Assembly: GCA_964202895.1 (NCBI GenBank)
Contig: CAXNJM010000001.1
Span: 176,673 to 240,672 of the forward strand
Direction of reading: 5' to 3'
From: Rickettsiales bacterium UBA1997
GTDB lineage: Bacteria > Pseudomonadota > Alphaproteobacteria > Rickettsiales > UBA1997
DNA: 64,000 nucleotides
Shown: positions 39,381 through 48,355 of the stretch, in pieces
Numbering within the stretch: position 1 is the first letter of the stretch
Layout: every line of letters begins with the position of its first letter
Made by a program: the position numbers and the translations under genes
The notes under the pieces: generated by a model
Told to the model about the DNA's origin: nothing
Database searches by the model: none
What the model saw: only the letters and a program-made list of their open reading frames with translations

Positions 39381-40577
39381 TTATTTTGATAGTGCTAAAA
39401 TTCCAGGTAGGCTTTTCCCCTCTAGCCACTCTAAGAATGCTCCGCCAGCAGTTGAAATATAGCTAAACTCATTGATTAGACCAGATTCATTTAATGCAGA
39501 AACAACATCTCCACCTCCTGCAATTGAAATAATCTTTTTTTGATAAGTTGAACTAGCAATAATTCTGGCGATATTTTCTGTTCCTATATTAAAAGGCTTA
39601 ATTTCAAATGCTCCAACTGGTCCGTTCCACAATACTTTTTGATGATTTTGCAGTTCTTGATTAATGTTGCTAGTTGTTGAAAAGCCTATGTCAGCGATGA
39701 TTTCATTATCTTCAATATCGTTGATATTTTTTACCTTGCAGTGCGAATTGCTAACTAATGATTTTGTAACAACAACATCGATTGGTAATATAATTTTGCA
39801 TTTATTTATTTTCGCTTTTTGAATTATTTCAAGAGCGTCGTCTTTGAGTTCTTTTTCGCATAATGAGTTTCCAACATTGTAGCCCAATGCATAAAGAAAG
39901 CTATTTGCCATTCCTCCGCCAACAACCAAGCATTTTACTTTACCTACTAAAGATTTTAAAAGATTGATTTTTGTTGATACTTTTGAACCACCAACAATTG
40001 CCATCATTGACTCTTCTGGATTATTAAAGATGTTGTTAAGATTGTTTAATTCTTTTTCCATTAATAGCCCGGCACAAGATGGCAATAAAGCGGGAATTCC
40101 TGTAATAGAGCTGTGCGATCTATGAGAGCAAGAAAATGAATCGTTAATATATAAATCTCCAAAACTAGCTAAATTTTTTGAAAAAGTTTCATCATTCTTA
40201 GTTTCTTCTTTGTAAAATCTAAGGTTCTCAAGGATTATTATTTCTCCGTAATTAGTTTTTTCTATTGCATTTTTAACTTTTTCACCAATGCAATCGTCAA
40301 TAAAGTTAACTTTAATTTCTGGGATTAAATCTTTTATTCTTTGAATAAGTTGAGAAATTGACATTTCTTTTTTAAATTGACCTTCTGGTCTGCCAAAATG
40401 AGAAATTACTATTACTTTAGCATTTTGCTTTGTTAGATACTCTAAGGTTGGTAATACCGCTTTAATTCTTGTGTCGTCAGCAATTAGACCATTATTTATT
40501 GGCACATTGATATCTACTCTGACAATAACATTTTTATTAGTTACTGAAAAATCTGTGATTTGGTTGAATTTTAGCAT
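39381..40577 (-). CDS. pgk: Phosphoglycerate kinase
   Basis: 'VRVDINVP', 'ISHFGRP', 'NLRF', 'GGSKVSTK', 'VGGGMANSF', 'WNGPVGAFE', 'GGGDV'. Confidence 0.95.
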   Translation of the reverse strand: MLKFNQITDFSVTNKNVIVRVDINVPINNGLIADDTRIKAVLPTLEYLTKQNAKVIVISHFGRPEGQFKKEMSISQLIQRIKDLIPEIKVNFIDDCIGEKVKNAIEKTNYGEIIILENLRFYKEETKNDETFSKNLASFGDLYINDSFSCSHRSHSSITGIPALLPSCAGLLMEKELNNLNNIFNNPEESMMAIVGGSKVSTKINLLKSLVGKVKCLVVGGGMANSFLYALGYNVGNSLCEKELKDDALEIIQKAKINKCKIILPIDVVVTKSLVSNSHCKVKNINDIEDNEIIADIGFSTTSNINQELQNHQKVLWNGPVGAFEIKPFNIGTENIARIIASSTYQKKIISIAGGGDVVSALNESGLINEFSYISTAGGAFLEWLEGKSLPGILALSK

Positions 40578-40758
40578 TGTTAGGTAATTATATTAAAATA
40601 ATTAAAATTAATTAATAAAAAACTTGATTTTACAACTAATTAAAATAAATTTTGCAAGTAAATTTTTAAAATTTTCTTAAAAGTTTAAATTAATTTTTCT
40701 AAAATACTACATGTATTAGAAAATAAATAATCTTATCACAATCAAAATTAATTAAATT

Positions 40759-40959
40759 ATGGGCACTAAGAATAACCCGAAGAATCGTACAAAAAACATT
40801 GAAAAAAAGAAATTTAATGGCAAAGAAGTTGAGCCTGTGCTTTATAACGGTTCGCATGTCGGTCACGGAAAATACATGGCTGTTAAATATTCTGGAACAA
40901 CTCAATTAGCAACTGATAAAGATTCATCTCGCCCCATGCAATGGGACGAACTCAACTAA
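40759..40959 (+). CDS. Hypothetical small basic protein
   Basis: 66 aa with a K/N-rich N-terminus and its own terminator hairpin downstream. No family recognised. Confidence 0.45.
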   Translation: MGTKNNPKNRTKNIEKKKFNGKEVEPVLYNGSHVGHGKYMAVKYSGTTQLATDKDSSRPMQWDELN

Positions 40960-41003
40960 ACAAATCGCTTTAGTAATATCGGTTTAAATAGTAAAAAATT
41001 CAA

Positions 41004-41039
41004 TTAATAAGCCATTGCAATTAACGGCTTATTAATTTT
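41004..41039 (+). terminator. Rho-independent terminator after the 66-aa ORF
   Basis: A 10-bp stem, ttaataagcc (41004-41013) / ggcttattaa (41026-41035), followed by TTTT. Confidence 0.6.
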
Positions 41040-41122
41040 GTTAAGAAGCGAAAAATGCTGTAAAATTTGTCAAGCAAAAATGCTAACAAAAAACACTAAT
41101 AATTGATTTATAGGTTTATTTA

Positions 41123-41890
41123 ATGGCTGAAGTAATTATAAATGGTCCTGCCGGCAGAATTGAAGGCAGATATCATCAAAGTGATAATCCTAATGCTCCA
41201 GTAGTATTAATTTTGCATCCACACCCTTTGCACGGTGGAACGATGAATAATAAAATAATCTATAATCTTTACAAAGTTTTTGTTGATAATGGATTTTCGG
41301 TTTTACGAATTAATTTTCGTGGGGTTGGAAAAAGCGAAGGCAGATTTGATAATGGAGTTGGTGAACTTCTCGACTCAACGGTAATATTAAATTGGTTGCA
41401 TGACCAAAATATGCAAGCCAGTGATTTTTGGGTTGCGGGCTTTTCATTTGGCTCTTGGATAGCATTGCAACTAGTAATGAGAAGACCAGAGCTTGAGAAC
41501 TATATTTTAGTTGCTCCGCCAGTTTCAAAATATGACTTTAATTTCATTGTTCCTTGTGATTCTTGTGGTCTTATCGTTCAAGGAGATCAAGATAATATCA
41601 GTAAAGAGCTTGACACCTCTAGATTGGTTGAAAAATTATCAATTCGTAAAAATGCAGAAATAGAATATCAAGTCATTAATAATGCTGATCATTTTTTTGT
41701 CAATAAAATGGATGAACTAATAGAGGTATTTGATTCTCATATTAAATCTCGTCTCAACCTTGATTCTTCTAAGGTTCGTAAAGTAAAAAGAGATAGAAGA
41801 AGGAGAAGAAAAAAGAAATTAATTAACGAAGTAAAGCCAGAAAGAAATCACAATCCAGTGAAGTCACTTGCTGATTTTGAGGAAATGTAA
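41123..41890 (+). CDS. Alpha/beta-fold hydrolase with an Arg/Lys-rich C-terminal extension
   Basis: 'GPAGRIEGRYH...APVVLILHPHPLHGGTMNNK', 'LRINFRGVGKSEG', nucleophile elbow 'AGFSFGS', and the tail 'KVRKVKRDRRRRRKKK'. Confidence 0.75.
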   Translation: MAEVIINGPAGRIEGRYHQSDNPNAPVVLILHPHPLHGGTMNNKIIYNLYKVFVDNGFSVLRINFRGVGKSEGRFDNGVGELLDSTVILNWLHDQNMQASDFWVAGFSFGSWIALQLVMRRPELENYILVAPPVSKYDFNFIVPCDSCGLIVQGDQDNISKELDTSRLVEKLSIRKNAEIEYQVINNADHFFVNKMDELIEVFDSHIKSRLNLDSSKVRKVKRDRRRRRKKKLINEVKPERNHNPVKSLADFEEM

Positions 41891-41915
41891 AATTGAAAAT
41901 AATACTTAACTAATT

Positions 41916-42047
41916 ATGAATTTTTGTAATTTTTTTAAAATATTTTTATTGCTTACTTTGATAATTCTTCAAGATTGTGGCAGGAAAGGAAGCTTACAAC
42001 ATAAAAAAAAATTATCGCCAGATTTCGATTTGGTGGTAGATGAGTAG
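41916..42047 (+). CDS. Small lipoprotein (43 aa, below the ORF-track cutoff), YifL/LptM-like 'CG.KG' type
   Basis: ATG 41916 to TAG 42045-42047. Product: MNFCNFFKIFLLLTLIILQDCGRKGSLQHKKKLSPDFDLVVDE. A hydrophobic signal is followed by Cys-Gly-Arg-Lys-Gly, as in small entericidin/YifL-type lipoproteins. Confidence 0.45.
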   Translation: MNFCNFFKIFLLLTLIILQDCGRKGSLQHKKKLSPDFDLVVDE

Positions 42048-42073
42048 TTAAAAAAACAATCTAAAATAGCAAA

Positions 42074-43285
42074 ATGATACAAAATCAATTTATTGAATCT
42101 ATTAAATCTGAAATTAAGGACTTAAAAGATAATGGTCTTTATAAAAATGAATATCAAATAACTGGTTCACAATCTGCAAATATTGAAATTTTTCATAATA
42201 AACTTAAAAAGAGGGTTTTGAATTTTTGTGCAAATAATTATCTTGGATTAACAAATAACTCTAATTTAATTAATATTGCTAAAGATTCGCTTGAGAAATA
42301 TGGAATTGGTACCGCTTCGGTTCGTTTTATCTGCGGAACAATGGATATTCATCGTGAATTTGAAAATAAAATATCAGAATTTCTTGGTTTTGAAGATGCG
42401 ATATCATTTTCATCTTGCTTTTCTGCCAATGGCGGAATTTTCTCTGCTCTTTTAGATTCTGAAGATGCAATTATTTCTGCCGATCTTAATCATGCAAGTT
42501 TAATAGATGGAATTAGGCTTTGTAAGGCAAATAGATATTTTTACAAATTTGACGACATGTCGGATCTTGAGCAAAAATTGCAAGAATCTCAAAAACATCG
42601 CTATCGTTTAATAGTTACAGACGGAGTTTTCTCAATGGATGGAGACATAGCTAAATTAAAAGAAATATGTGATTTGGCAGAAAAATACTCTGCAATGCTA
42701 ATGGTTGACGATTCTCATGCAACGGGATTCATTGGCGAAAATGGCAAAGGAACCTTTGAAATGCTTAAAGTTGAGGGTAGAGTCGATATTTTATCTAGCA
42801 CTATCGGTAAAGCTTTAGGAGGTGCTGGTGGCGGTTTTATTGCATCTAAAAAAGAAATAATTGAAAAATTAAGAAATAAATCTCGTCCATATTTGTTTTC
42901 TAACAATATTTTACCTATGGTTGCTGCGGTTGGAATTGAGATTATTAAAATGCTTCAAGACTCAAAAAGTTTAATTAAAAAACTAGCTGAAAACACCTCA
43001 TATTTTCGCAGTAAAATGTTAATGGCTGGCTTCGATTTAAGAGATAGTAGTGCGATTCATCCTGTTGTTCCTGTTATGATTTATGATGCATTATTGGCAA
43101 GTAAATTTGCTAAAATGATGATAGAAGAAGAGGGGATTTTTGTTGTGGCATTTTCTTTTCCTGTTGTGCCAAAAAATGAGGCTAGAATTAGAGTTCAAAT
43201 TTCTGCAGCTCATCAAAAAGAGCATCTAGATTCTGCAATTACTGGTTTTATAAAAATTGGTAAAAAACTAGGCGTCATCAAATGA
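42074..43285 (+). CDS. kbl: 2-amino-3-ketobutyrate CoA ligase (glycine C-acetyltransferase)
   Basis: Collinear with E. coli Kbl as I recall it: 'LNFCANNYLGL', 'ASVRFICGT', 'SSCFSANGG', 'LNHASLIDGIRLCKA', 'TDGVFSMDGDIA', 'VDDSHATGFIGENGKG', 'RPYLFSN', 'KIGKKLGVI'. Confidence 0.85.
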   Translation: MIQNQFIESIKSEIKDLKDNGLYKNEYQITGSQSANIEIFHNKLKKRVLNFCANNYLGLTNNSNLINIAKDSLEKYGIGTASVRFICGTMDIHREFENKISEFLGFEDAISFSSCFSANGGIFSALLDSEDAIISADLNHASLIDGIRLCKANRYFYKFDDMSDLEQKLQESQKHRYRLIVTDGVFSMDGDIAKLKEICDLAEKYSAMLMVDDSHATGFIGENGKGTFEMLKVEGRVDILSSTIGKALGGAGGGFIASKKEIIEKLRNKSRPYLFSNNILPMVAAVGIEIIKMLQDSKSLIKKLAENTSYFRSKMLMAGFDLRDSSAIHPVVPVMIYDALLASKFAKMMIEEEGIFVVAFSFPVVPKNEARIRVQISAAHQKEHLDSAITGFIKIGKKLGVIK

Positions 43286-43653
43286 ATAAAGAAAATAATA
43301 ATTCTTTGCGGGAGTTTAATGGAGATAACCCTATCAATCAAGAACCTAGCAAAAATAACGATCTAAGACTAGAAAAGATTGCTAAAATAGTTGCTGTAGC
43401 GATGTTTTTTGTTTTAACTATTTTAATTTTTTATATTTTATTTAATTTTTCTGGTAAAAAAGAAATTGTGGCTAAGTCAACAAAATCAAATGTTGTAAAT
43501 ATAAAATTAAATGGCAGGGTTGTCAAAACTAGTTTAGAAAATCAATTTATAATAATTGAAACAACTTATAATCCATCTAGTAAAACTCAAGAAATTATAA
43601 AAATTGACAGCAAAAATGGCAACGAAATATCAAGAATTATATTAAATTTTTAA
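43282..43653 (+). CDS. Hypothetical single-pass membrane protein
   Basis: 123 aa with one TM segment ('[19 protein letters not shown]'). ATGA overlap with kbl, and dut starts 3 nt after its stop. Confidence 0.45.
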   Translation: MNKENNNSLREFNGDNPINQEPSKNNDLRLEKIAKIVAVAMFFVLTILIFYILFNFSGKKEIVAKSTKSNVVNIKLNGRVVKTSLENQFIIIETTYNPSSKTQEIIKIDSKNGNEISRIILNF

Positions 43654-43655
43654 CT

Positions 43656-44099
43656 ATGACTACTCTAAAAATAAAAAAACTACAACATTTTAAAGATCTT
43701 CCATTGCCAAAATATGAAACTCCTGGTAGTGCTGGTCTTGATTTAATGGCTTGCATTGACGAAAATTTAATAATTAAATCTCAAGAATTCAAATTAATTC
43801 CTACTGGAATATCGATTGCTTTAGAAGAAGGGTTTGAAGCTCAAATTAGACCAAGAAGTGGTCTTGCTTTAAAAAATGGCATAACAGTTCTTAATAGTCC
43901 GGGTACTATTGATTCAGATTATCGAGGCGAGATATGTGTTATTCTCATTAATCATTCAAAAATTGACTTCGTAATTAATAGAGGTATGAGAATTGCTCAG
44001 ATGATAATAGCTCCATATCAGCAAGCTAATTTGCTAGAAATTGAGATTTTAACCGAAACTAAAAGAGGCTCTGCTGGCTTTGGCTCCACAGGAGTATAA
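43656..44099 (+). CDS. dut: dUTP diphosphatase
   Basis: 'GSAGLDL', 'RPRSGLALK', '[10 protein letters not shown]', '[10 protein letters not shown]'. Confidence 0.95.
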   Translation: MTTLKIKKLQHFKDLPLPKYETPGSAGLDLMACIDENLIIKSQEFKLIPTGISIALEEGFEAQIRPRSGLALKNGITVLNSPGTIDSDYRGEICVILINHSKIDFVINRGMRIAQMIIAPYQQANLLEIEILTETKRGSAGFGSTGV

Positions 44100-44137
44100 A
44101 ATAGCAAAATAATAGATTAATAAAAACAGAACTATAA

Positions 44138-47100
44138 ATGTCAATCGTTAACACATCAATTAAAAGGCCAATTTTTGTAACTTGCTCGATGTTAATAATT
44201 ATTGTGTTGGGCATTGTATCTTTTAAAAAGATGAGTGTTGATTTGTTTCCCAATGTTAACATTCCTGTAATATTTGTCATGACAAGCTACGAAGGAGCTG
44301 GTCCTGCTGAAATAGAATCTTTAATTACCAAGCCTCTAGAAGAGGAAATTAGCACAATCTCTGGAATAAAAAGACTCAACTCTCGCAGTTTAAAAGATTC
44401 TAGTCAGGTTATAGTTACGTTTTATCAAAATGTAGATATAAAATATGCTGAACAGCAATTGAGAGATAGAATTAATCGTGCAAAATATAAATTACCGGAA
44501 GATGTAAAAGACCCTGTAATTCGTAAGGTTGACCCTGCTGATCAGCCAATTATTACAATTGCTCTTGATGCAAATTTAGGGCAGGGCGAACTTTATGATT
44601 TAGCTAATGATTTTGTTAAGCCAAGAATTGAGCAGGCTAACGATGTTGGTTTAGTTGAAATTATAGGTGGCAGAAAAAGAGAAATTCATATTTTGCTTGA
44701 TATTGAAAAAATGAAACAAAAGCAACTATCGCTTTCTGAAATAGAAAGGCAATTAAGAATGTCTGGCAAGAAAGTAGGTATAGGAACTAGAGATAATGGT
44801 AATCAAGAATTATTCTTCACTAGCGATAATGAACTAAGCGATATAGAGCAAGTAAAGAATTTGGTAGTTAGTTTTTATGGCAATGAAAAAACCACTAGAA
44901 TAAAAGATATAGGTGAAGTTGTTGATACATTAGAAGACGAAAAGTCTCGGGCATTTTTTAATGGCAAGAAAAGCCTGTTTATTGATATTTATCGTCAATC
45001 TGATTCTAATCTAATTGCGGTTTCTGATGCTGTTAATGTTGAACTGAAGAAAATATCTTCTCAAATAAATCAAATGAATGGTGATCCAAAAATTACTATT
45101 TTTAAAGATGCTAGCAAATATATTCGCGATAATATTTCTGATGTTTATGAAAGTATTACTATATCTTTAATATTAACAATTATAGTGGTTTTCTTATTTC
45201 TTGCCAATGTTCGATCTACTTTTATTACCGCCATTTCATTGCCAATTGCTTTAATTAGTGCTTTTATTTTAATGTATGTGGCTAATTTTTCTTTAAATGT
45301 TATCTCTTTGCTGGCCTTAAGCCTTGCTGTTGGCTTATTGGTTGATGATGCAATTGTGGTGACTGAAAATATCTATCGTAAAATTGAAGAGGGAATGACT
45401 CCTAAACAGGCTTCAATCGAAGCAACAAACGAAATATTGCTTGCAATTATAGCAATAACTTTAGTTGTTATTTCAGTATTTACCCCTGTCGCCTTTATGA
45501 AAGGCACGGTTGGTGAGTTTATGAAGCAATTTGGCCTAACGATGTCTTTTGCAATGATTGTTAGTTTTGTTGTTGCTATTACAATAATCCCAGTATTGTG
45601 TGCTTACTTATCGGGAACTAAGGTGGTCGAACAAAATAAAAACTCAATTATTAAGAAAATTTTACAATCTTTTAATAATTTTCAAAATAAATTAGAAGGA
45701 TATTATGAAAAAATTCTTACTTTTTCAATCAATAGACCTATTATAATTATTTCAATTATTGTCGCTATTTTTGTTGCTAGTATTTTTGCCTTAAAATTTG
45801 TTCCTAAGAATTTTTTACCAGAAAATGATAACGGAGAAATCGTTGTTTCTCTTGAGTTGGAGGCTGATGCTAATATAAATTACACCAATCGAATTGCTAA
45901 TGAAATAGATGAAGTAATTCGCTCAAATCAAGAGGTTTTATTAACAGCTTATAGTGTTGGTTTTTATGGCTCTAGTCAGTCAAATCGCTCTAATTTTTAT
46001 GTTAAATTAAAACCTAACAAGGAGAGAGATATAAAAACTAGTGATTTTAAAAACAGGCTTCGTGAACAATTGAAAATATTTAAAATTGCCAACCCTATTG
46101 TTAAGGATTACGATCCAGCAGGAACTGGCTTTAGAGGTCAGCCATTTAATTTGCTCTTAATTTCTCCAAATCAAAAAATTCTCGAAGAAAACGCTTTGAA
46201 AGTTATTGAAAAACTTAGGTCTGATTCCCGTCTTAAAGAAGTAGATACTAGCAATAAAAGCACTAGATTAGAGTTTAAGGTAAATTTAAAGGAAGATAAA
46301 GCCAAATTATACGGAACTAATTCGCAATTGGTTGGAGAAGAATTGAGAGGCTATATTGAGGGCTATAAGACAACGAAATTTAAGCAAAATGACAAAGAAT
46401 ACGATGTTCGCCTGAGATTACAAAATAATCAAAATGATTTATTGAAAAACTTTAATCAAATTTATGTTTCAAACATTAATCAAAAATTAATAAAATTATC
46501 CGACATATCAACAATTAATCAAGCCAGAGCTCCTGCTGATATAAATAGACAAGATAGAGGTAGGTATATCCAAATTAGTGCCAATTTGGCTCCTAAAGTA
46601 GGTCTTGGTAATATTATTGATGAAGTCACAAGCGAACTAACGGATGGTAAATTAAAATTACCGCCAGAAGTAAGGTTTACATTTGTTGGTGAATCGGAAA
46701 ATATGAAAGATTTACAAGAGTCAACGGGTGTTGTAATGGGGTTGGGTATATTATTTATCTACCTGATATTAAGTAGTTTGTATGAATCTTTTATAACTCC
46801 TTTTACCATTTTGTTATCTTTGCCTTTAGCTCTCTGTGGTGCTTTTATCGCTCTTTTTATAACTCAACAAAGTTTTAATATTTTTACCATTTTGGGAATA
46901 TTCCTTTTGATTGGGGTTTCGAGTAAAAACTCAATTTTATTAGTTGATTTTGCCAATCAAGCAATTGAGCAAGGAAAATCAAGGACTGAGGCAATTCTTA
47001 TTGCTGGTAAAACAAGATTGCGACCAATTTTAATGACTTCATTCGCATTAATCGCAGGAACGATTCCAATTGCAATTGGTTTAAGTGAGGCATCAAAGCC

Positions 47101-47242
47101 AAGAATTGCGATGGGTATAGCGATTATTGGCGGAATGATTTCCTCTACAATTTTTAGCTTAGTTCTTGTTCCTGCAATATTTAGTTATGTTGATCGCTTT
47201 CGAGTTTGGATAAAAGAAAAACTTAGTCGATTTGTAGGTTAA
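44138..47242 (+). CDS. RND-family efflux transporter permease (AcrB/HAE1-like)
   Basis: 1034 aa. 'IKRPIFVTCSMLIIIVLGIVSF', two large periplasmic loops, 12 TM segments, and 'VDDAIVVTENI'. Confidence 0.88.
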   Translation: MSIVNTSIKRPIFVTCSMLIIIVLGIVSFKKMSVDLFPNVNIPVIFVMTSYEGAGPAEIESLITKPLEEEISTISGIKRLNSRSLKDSSQVIVTFYQNVDIKYAEQQLRDRINRAKYKLPEDVKDPVIRKVDPADQPIITIALDANLGQGELYDLANDFVKPRIEQANDVGLVEIIGGRKREIHILLDIEKMKQKQLSLSEIERQLRMSGKKVGIGTRDNGNQELFFTSDNELSDIEQVKNLVVSFYGNEKTTRIKDIGEVVDTLEDEKSRAFFNGKKSLFIDIYRQSDSNLIAVSDAVNVELKKISSQINQMNGDPKITIFKDASKYIRDNISDVYESITISLILTIIVVFLFLANVRSTFITAISLPIALISAFILMYVANFSLNVISLLALSLAVGLLVDDAIVVTENIYRKIEEGMTPKQASIEATNEILLAIIAITLVVISVFTPVAFMKGTVGEFMKQFGLTMSFAMIVSFVVAITIIPVLCAYLSGTKVVEQNKNSIIKKILQSFNNFQNKLEGYYEKILTFSINRPIIIISIIVAIFVASIFALKFVPKNFLPENDNGEIVVSLELEADANINYTNRIANEIDEVIRSNQEVLLTAYSVGFYGSSQSNRSNFYVKLKPNKERDIKTSDFKNRLREQLKIFKIANPIVKDYDPAGTGFRGQPFNLLLISPNQKILEENALKVIEKLRSDSRLKEVDTSNKSTRLEFKVNLKEDKAKLYGTNSQLVGEELRGYIEGYKTTKFKQNDKEYDVRLRLQNNQNDLLKNFNQIYVSNINQKLIKLSDISTINQARAPADINRQDRGRYIQISANLAPKVGLGNIIDEVTSELTDGKLKLPPEVRFTFVGESENMKDLQESTGVVMGLGILFIYLILSSLYESFITPFTILLSLPLALCGAFIALFITQQSFNIFTILGIFLLIGVSSKNSILLVDFANQAIEQGKSRTEAILIAGKTRLRPILMTSFALIAGTIPIAIGLSEASKPRIAMGIAIIGGMISSTIFSLVLVPAIFSYVDRFRVWIKEKLSRFVG

Positions 47243-47260
47243 TAATCAATATCTATAATT

Positions 47261-48331
47261 ATGTTTAATTGTTTATTTTGTAGTAGTGATCTTTTTTTCT
47301 TTCTCAAGATCATTTTATCTTCCGCTACTTCTTTTTTAGTAACTTTTTTTGCGATTAAGTTATTTTTAAGTAAATTAAAGCAAAAATTTATTCAGCCAAT
47401 TAGGTTGGAAGGTCCAAAAACTCATATTATAAACAAAAAAAATACCCCCACTATCGGCGGTTTGTTTATCGTATTGGCAACCGTAATAAGTACCGCAATA
47501 TTTGCAGGGCTAAAGAATCAATATGTTTTAATCACATTATTTCTTTTCTTGTCATTTGCAATAATTGGTCTCATTGATGATTTAATGAAGGTTGTTTATA
47601 AAAATCCTAATGGTTTTCGTGGTTCAATAAAACTAGTAATTCAATTTTTAATTGTTGGAGTTGTCTTATTATGGCTTGGGAGTGTTAACTTAATTCATTT
47701 TAACTACATACTAAGAATTCCTTTGTTGAATGAAGTTTATCAGCTTGATCTTGGTTATATTTATCCATTATTTATAACTTTTTTTATCGTTGGAATTGCT
47801 AATGCCGTTAATTTGACTGATGGTCTAGATGGCTTAGTTTCTGTGCCATCAATTATTGCATTGCTATTTTTAGCCTTCTTAATTGCTATAGCTAACAATA
47901 ATTATTTAGCTAATTTATTTTCTACAAACATTATTTTTGATTCAAAGCCTTTAATAATTTTTACAAGCTCATTAATATTTGCAATTATTGGTTTTCTTAT
48001 GTTCAATATTAGGCCTGCAAAAATTTTTATGGGAGATGTCGGTAGTCTTGCAATTGGCTCTACTCTAGCCTTAATGGCAGTAATAATAAAACAAGAATTG
48101 ATCTTCTTAGTTATCGCTTTATTGTTCTTAATTGAAGCTGCATCAGTATTTATACAGGTTATGTCTTATAAAATTCGTAAAAAAAGAGTGTTTCTAATGG
48201 CTCCATTACATCATCACTTTGAAAAAAAAGGTTGGAGTGAAAATAAGGTAGTAATAGTTTTTTGGTTTTTTGCGGTTTTATTTGCAAGTTTTGGAATGTT
48301 GATTTTATATATTTTATCTTTACATTCTTAA
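47261..48331 (+). CDS. mraY: Phospho-N-acetylmuramoyl-pentapeptide transferase
   Basis: 'TPTIGGL', 'IGLIDDL', 'NAVNLTDGLDGL', 'FMGDVGSLAIG', 'MAPLHHHFE'. Confidence 0.93.
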   Translation: MFNCLFCSSDLFFFLKIILSSATSFLVTFFAIKLFLSKLKQKFIQPIRLEGPKTHIINKKNTPTIGGLFIVLATVISTAIFAGLKNQYVLITLFLFLSFAIIGLIDDLMKVVYKNPNGFRGSIKLVIQFLIVGVVLLWLGSVNLIHFNYILRIPLLNEVYQLDLGYIYPLFITFFIVGIANAVNLTDGLDGLVSVPSIIALLFLAFLIAIANNNYLANLFSTNIIFDSKPLIIFTSSLIFAIIGFLMFNIRPAKIFMGDVGSLAIGSTLALMAVIIKQELIFLVIALLFLIEAASVFIQVMSYKIRKKRVFLMAPLHHHFEKKGWSENKVVIVFWFFAVLFASFGMLILYILSLHS

Positions 48332-48355
48332 TTCATATAAATTTTTATTAAAATT

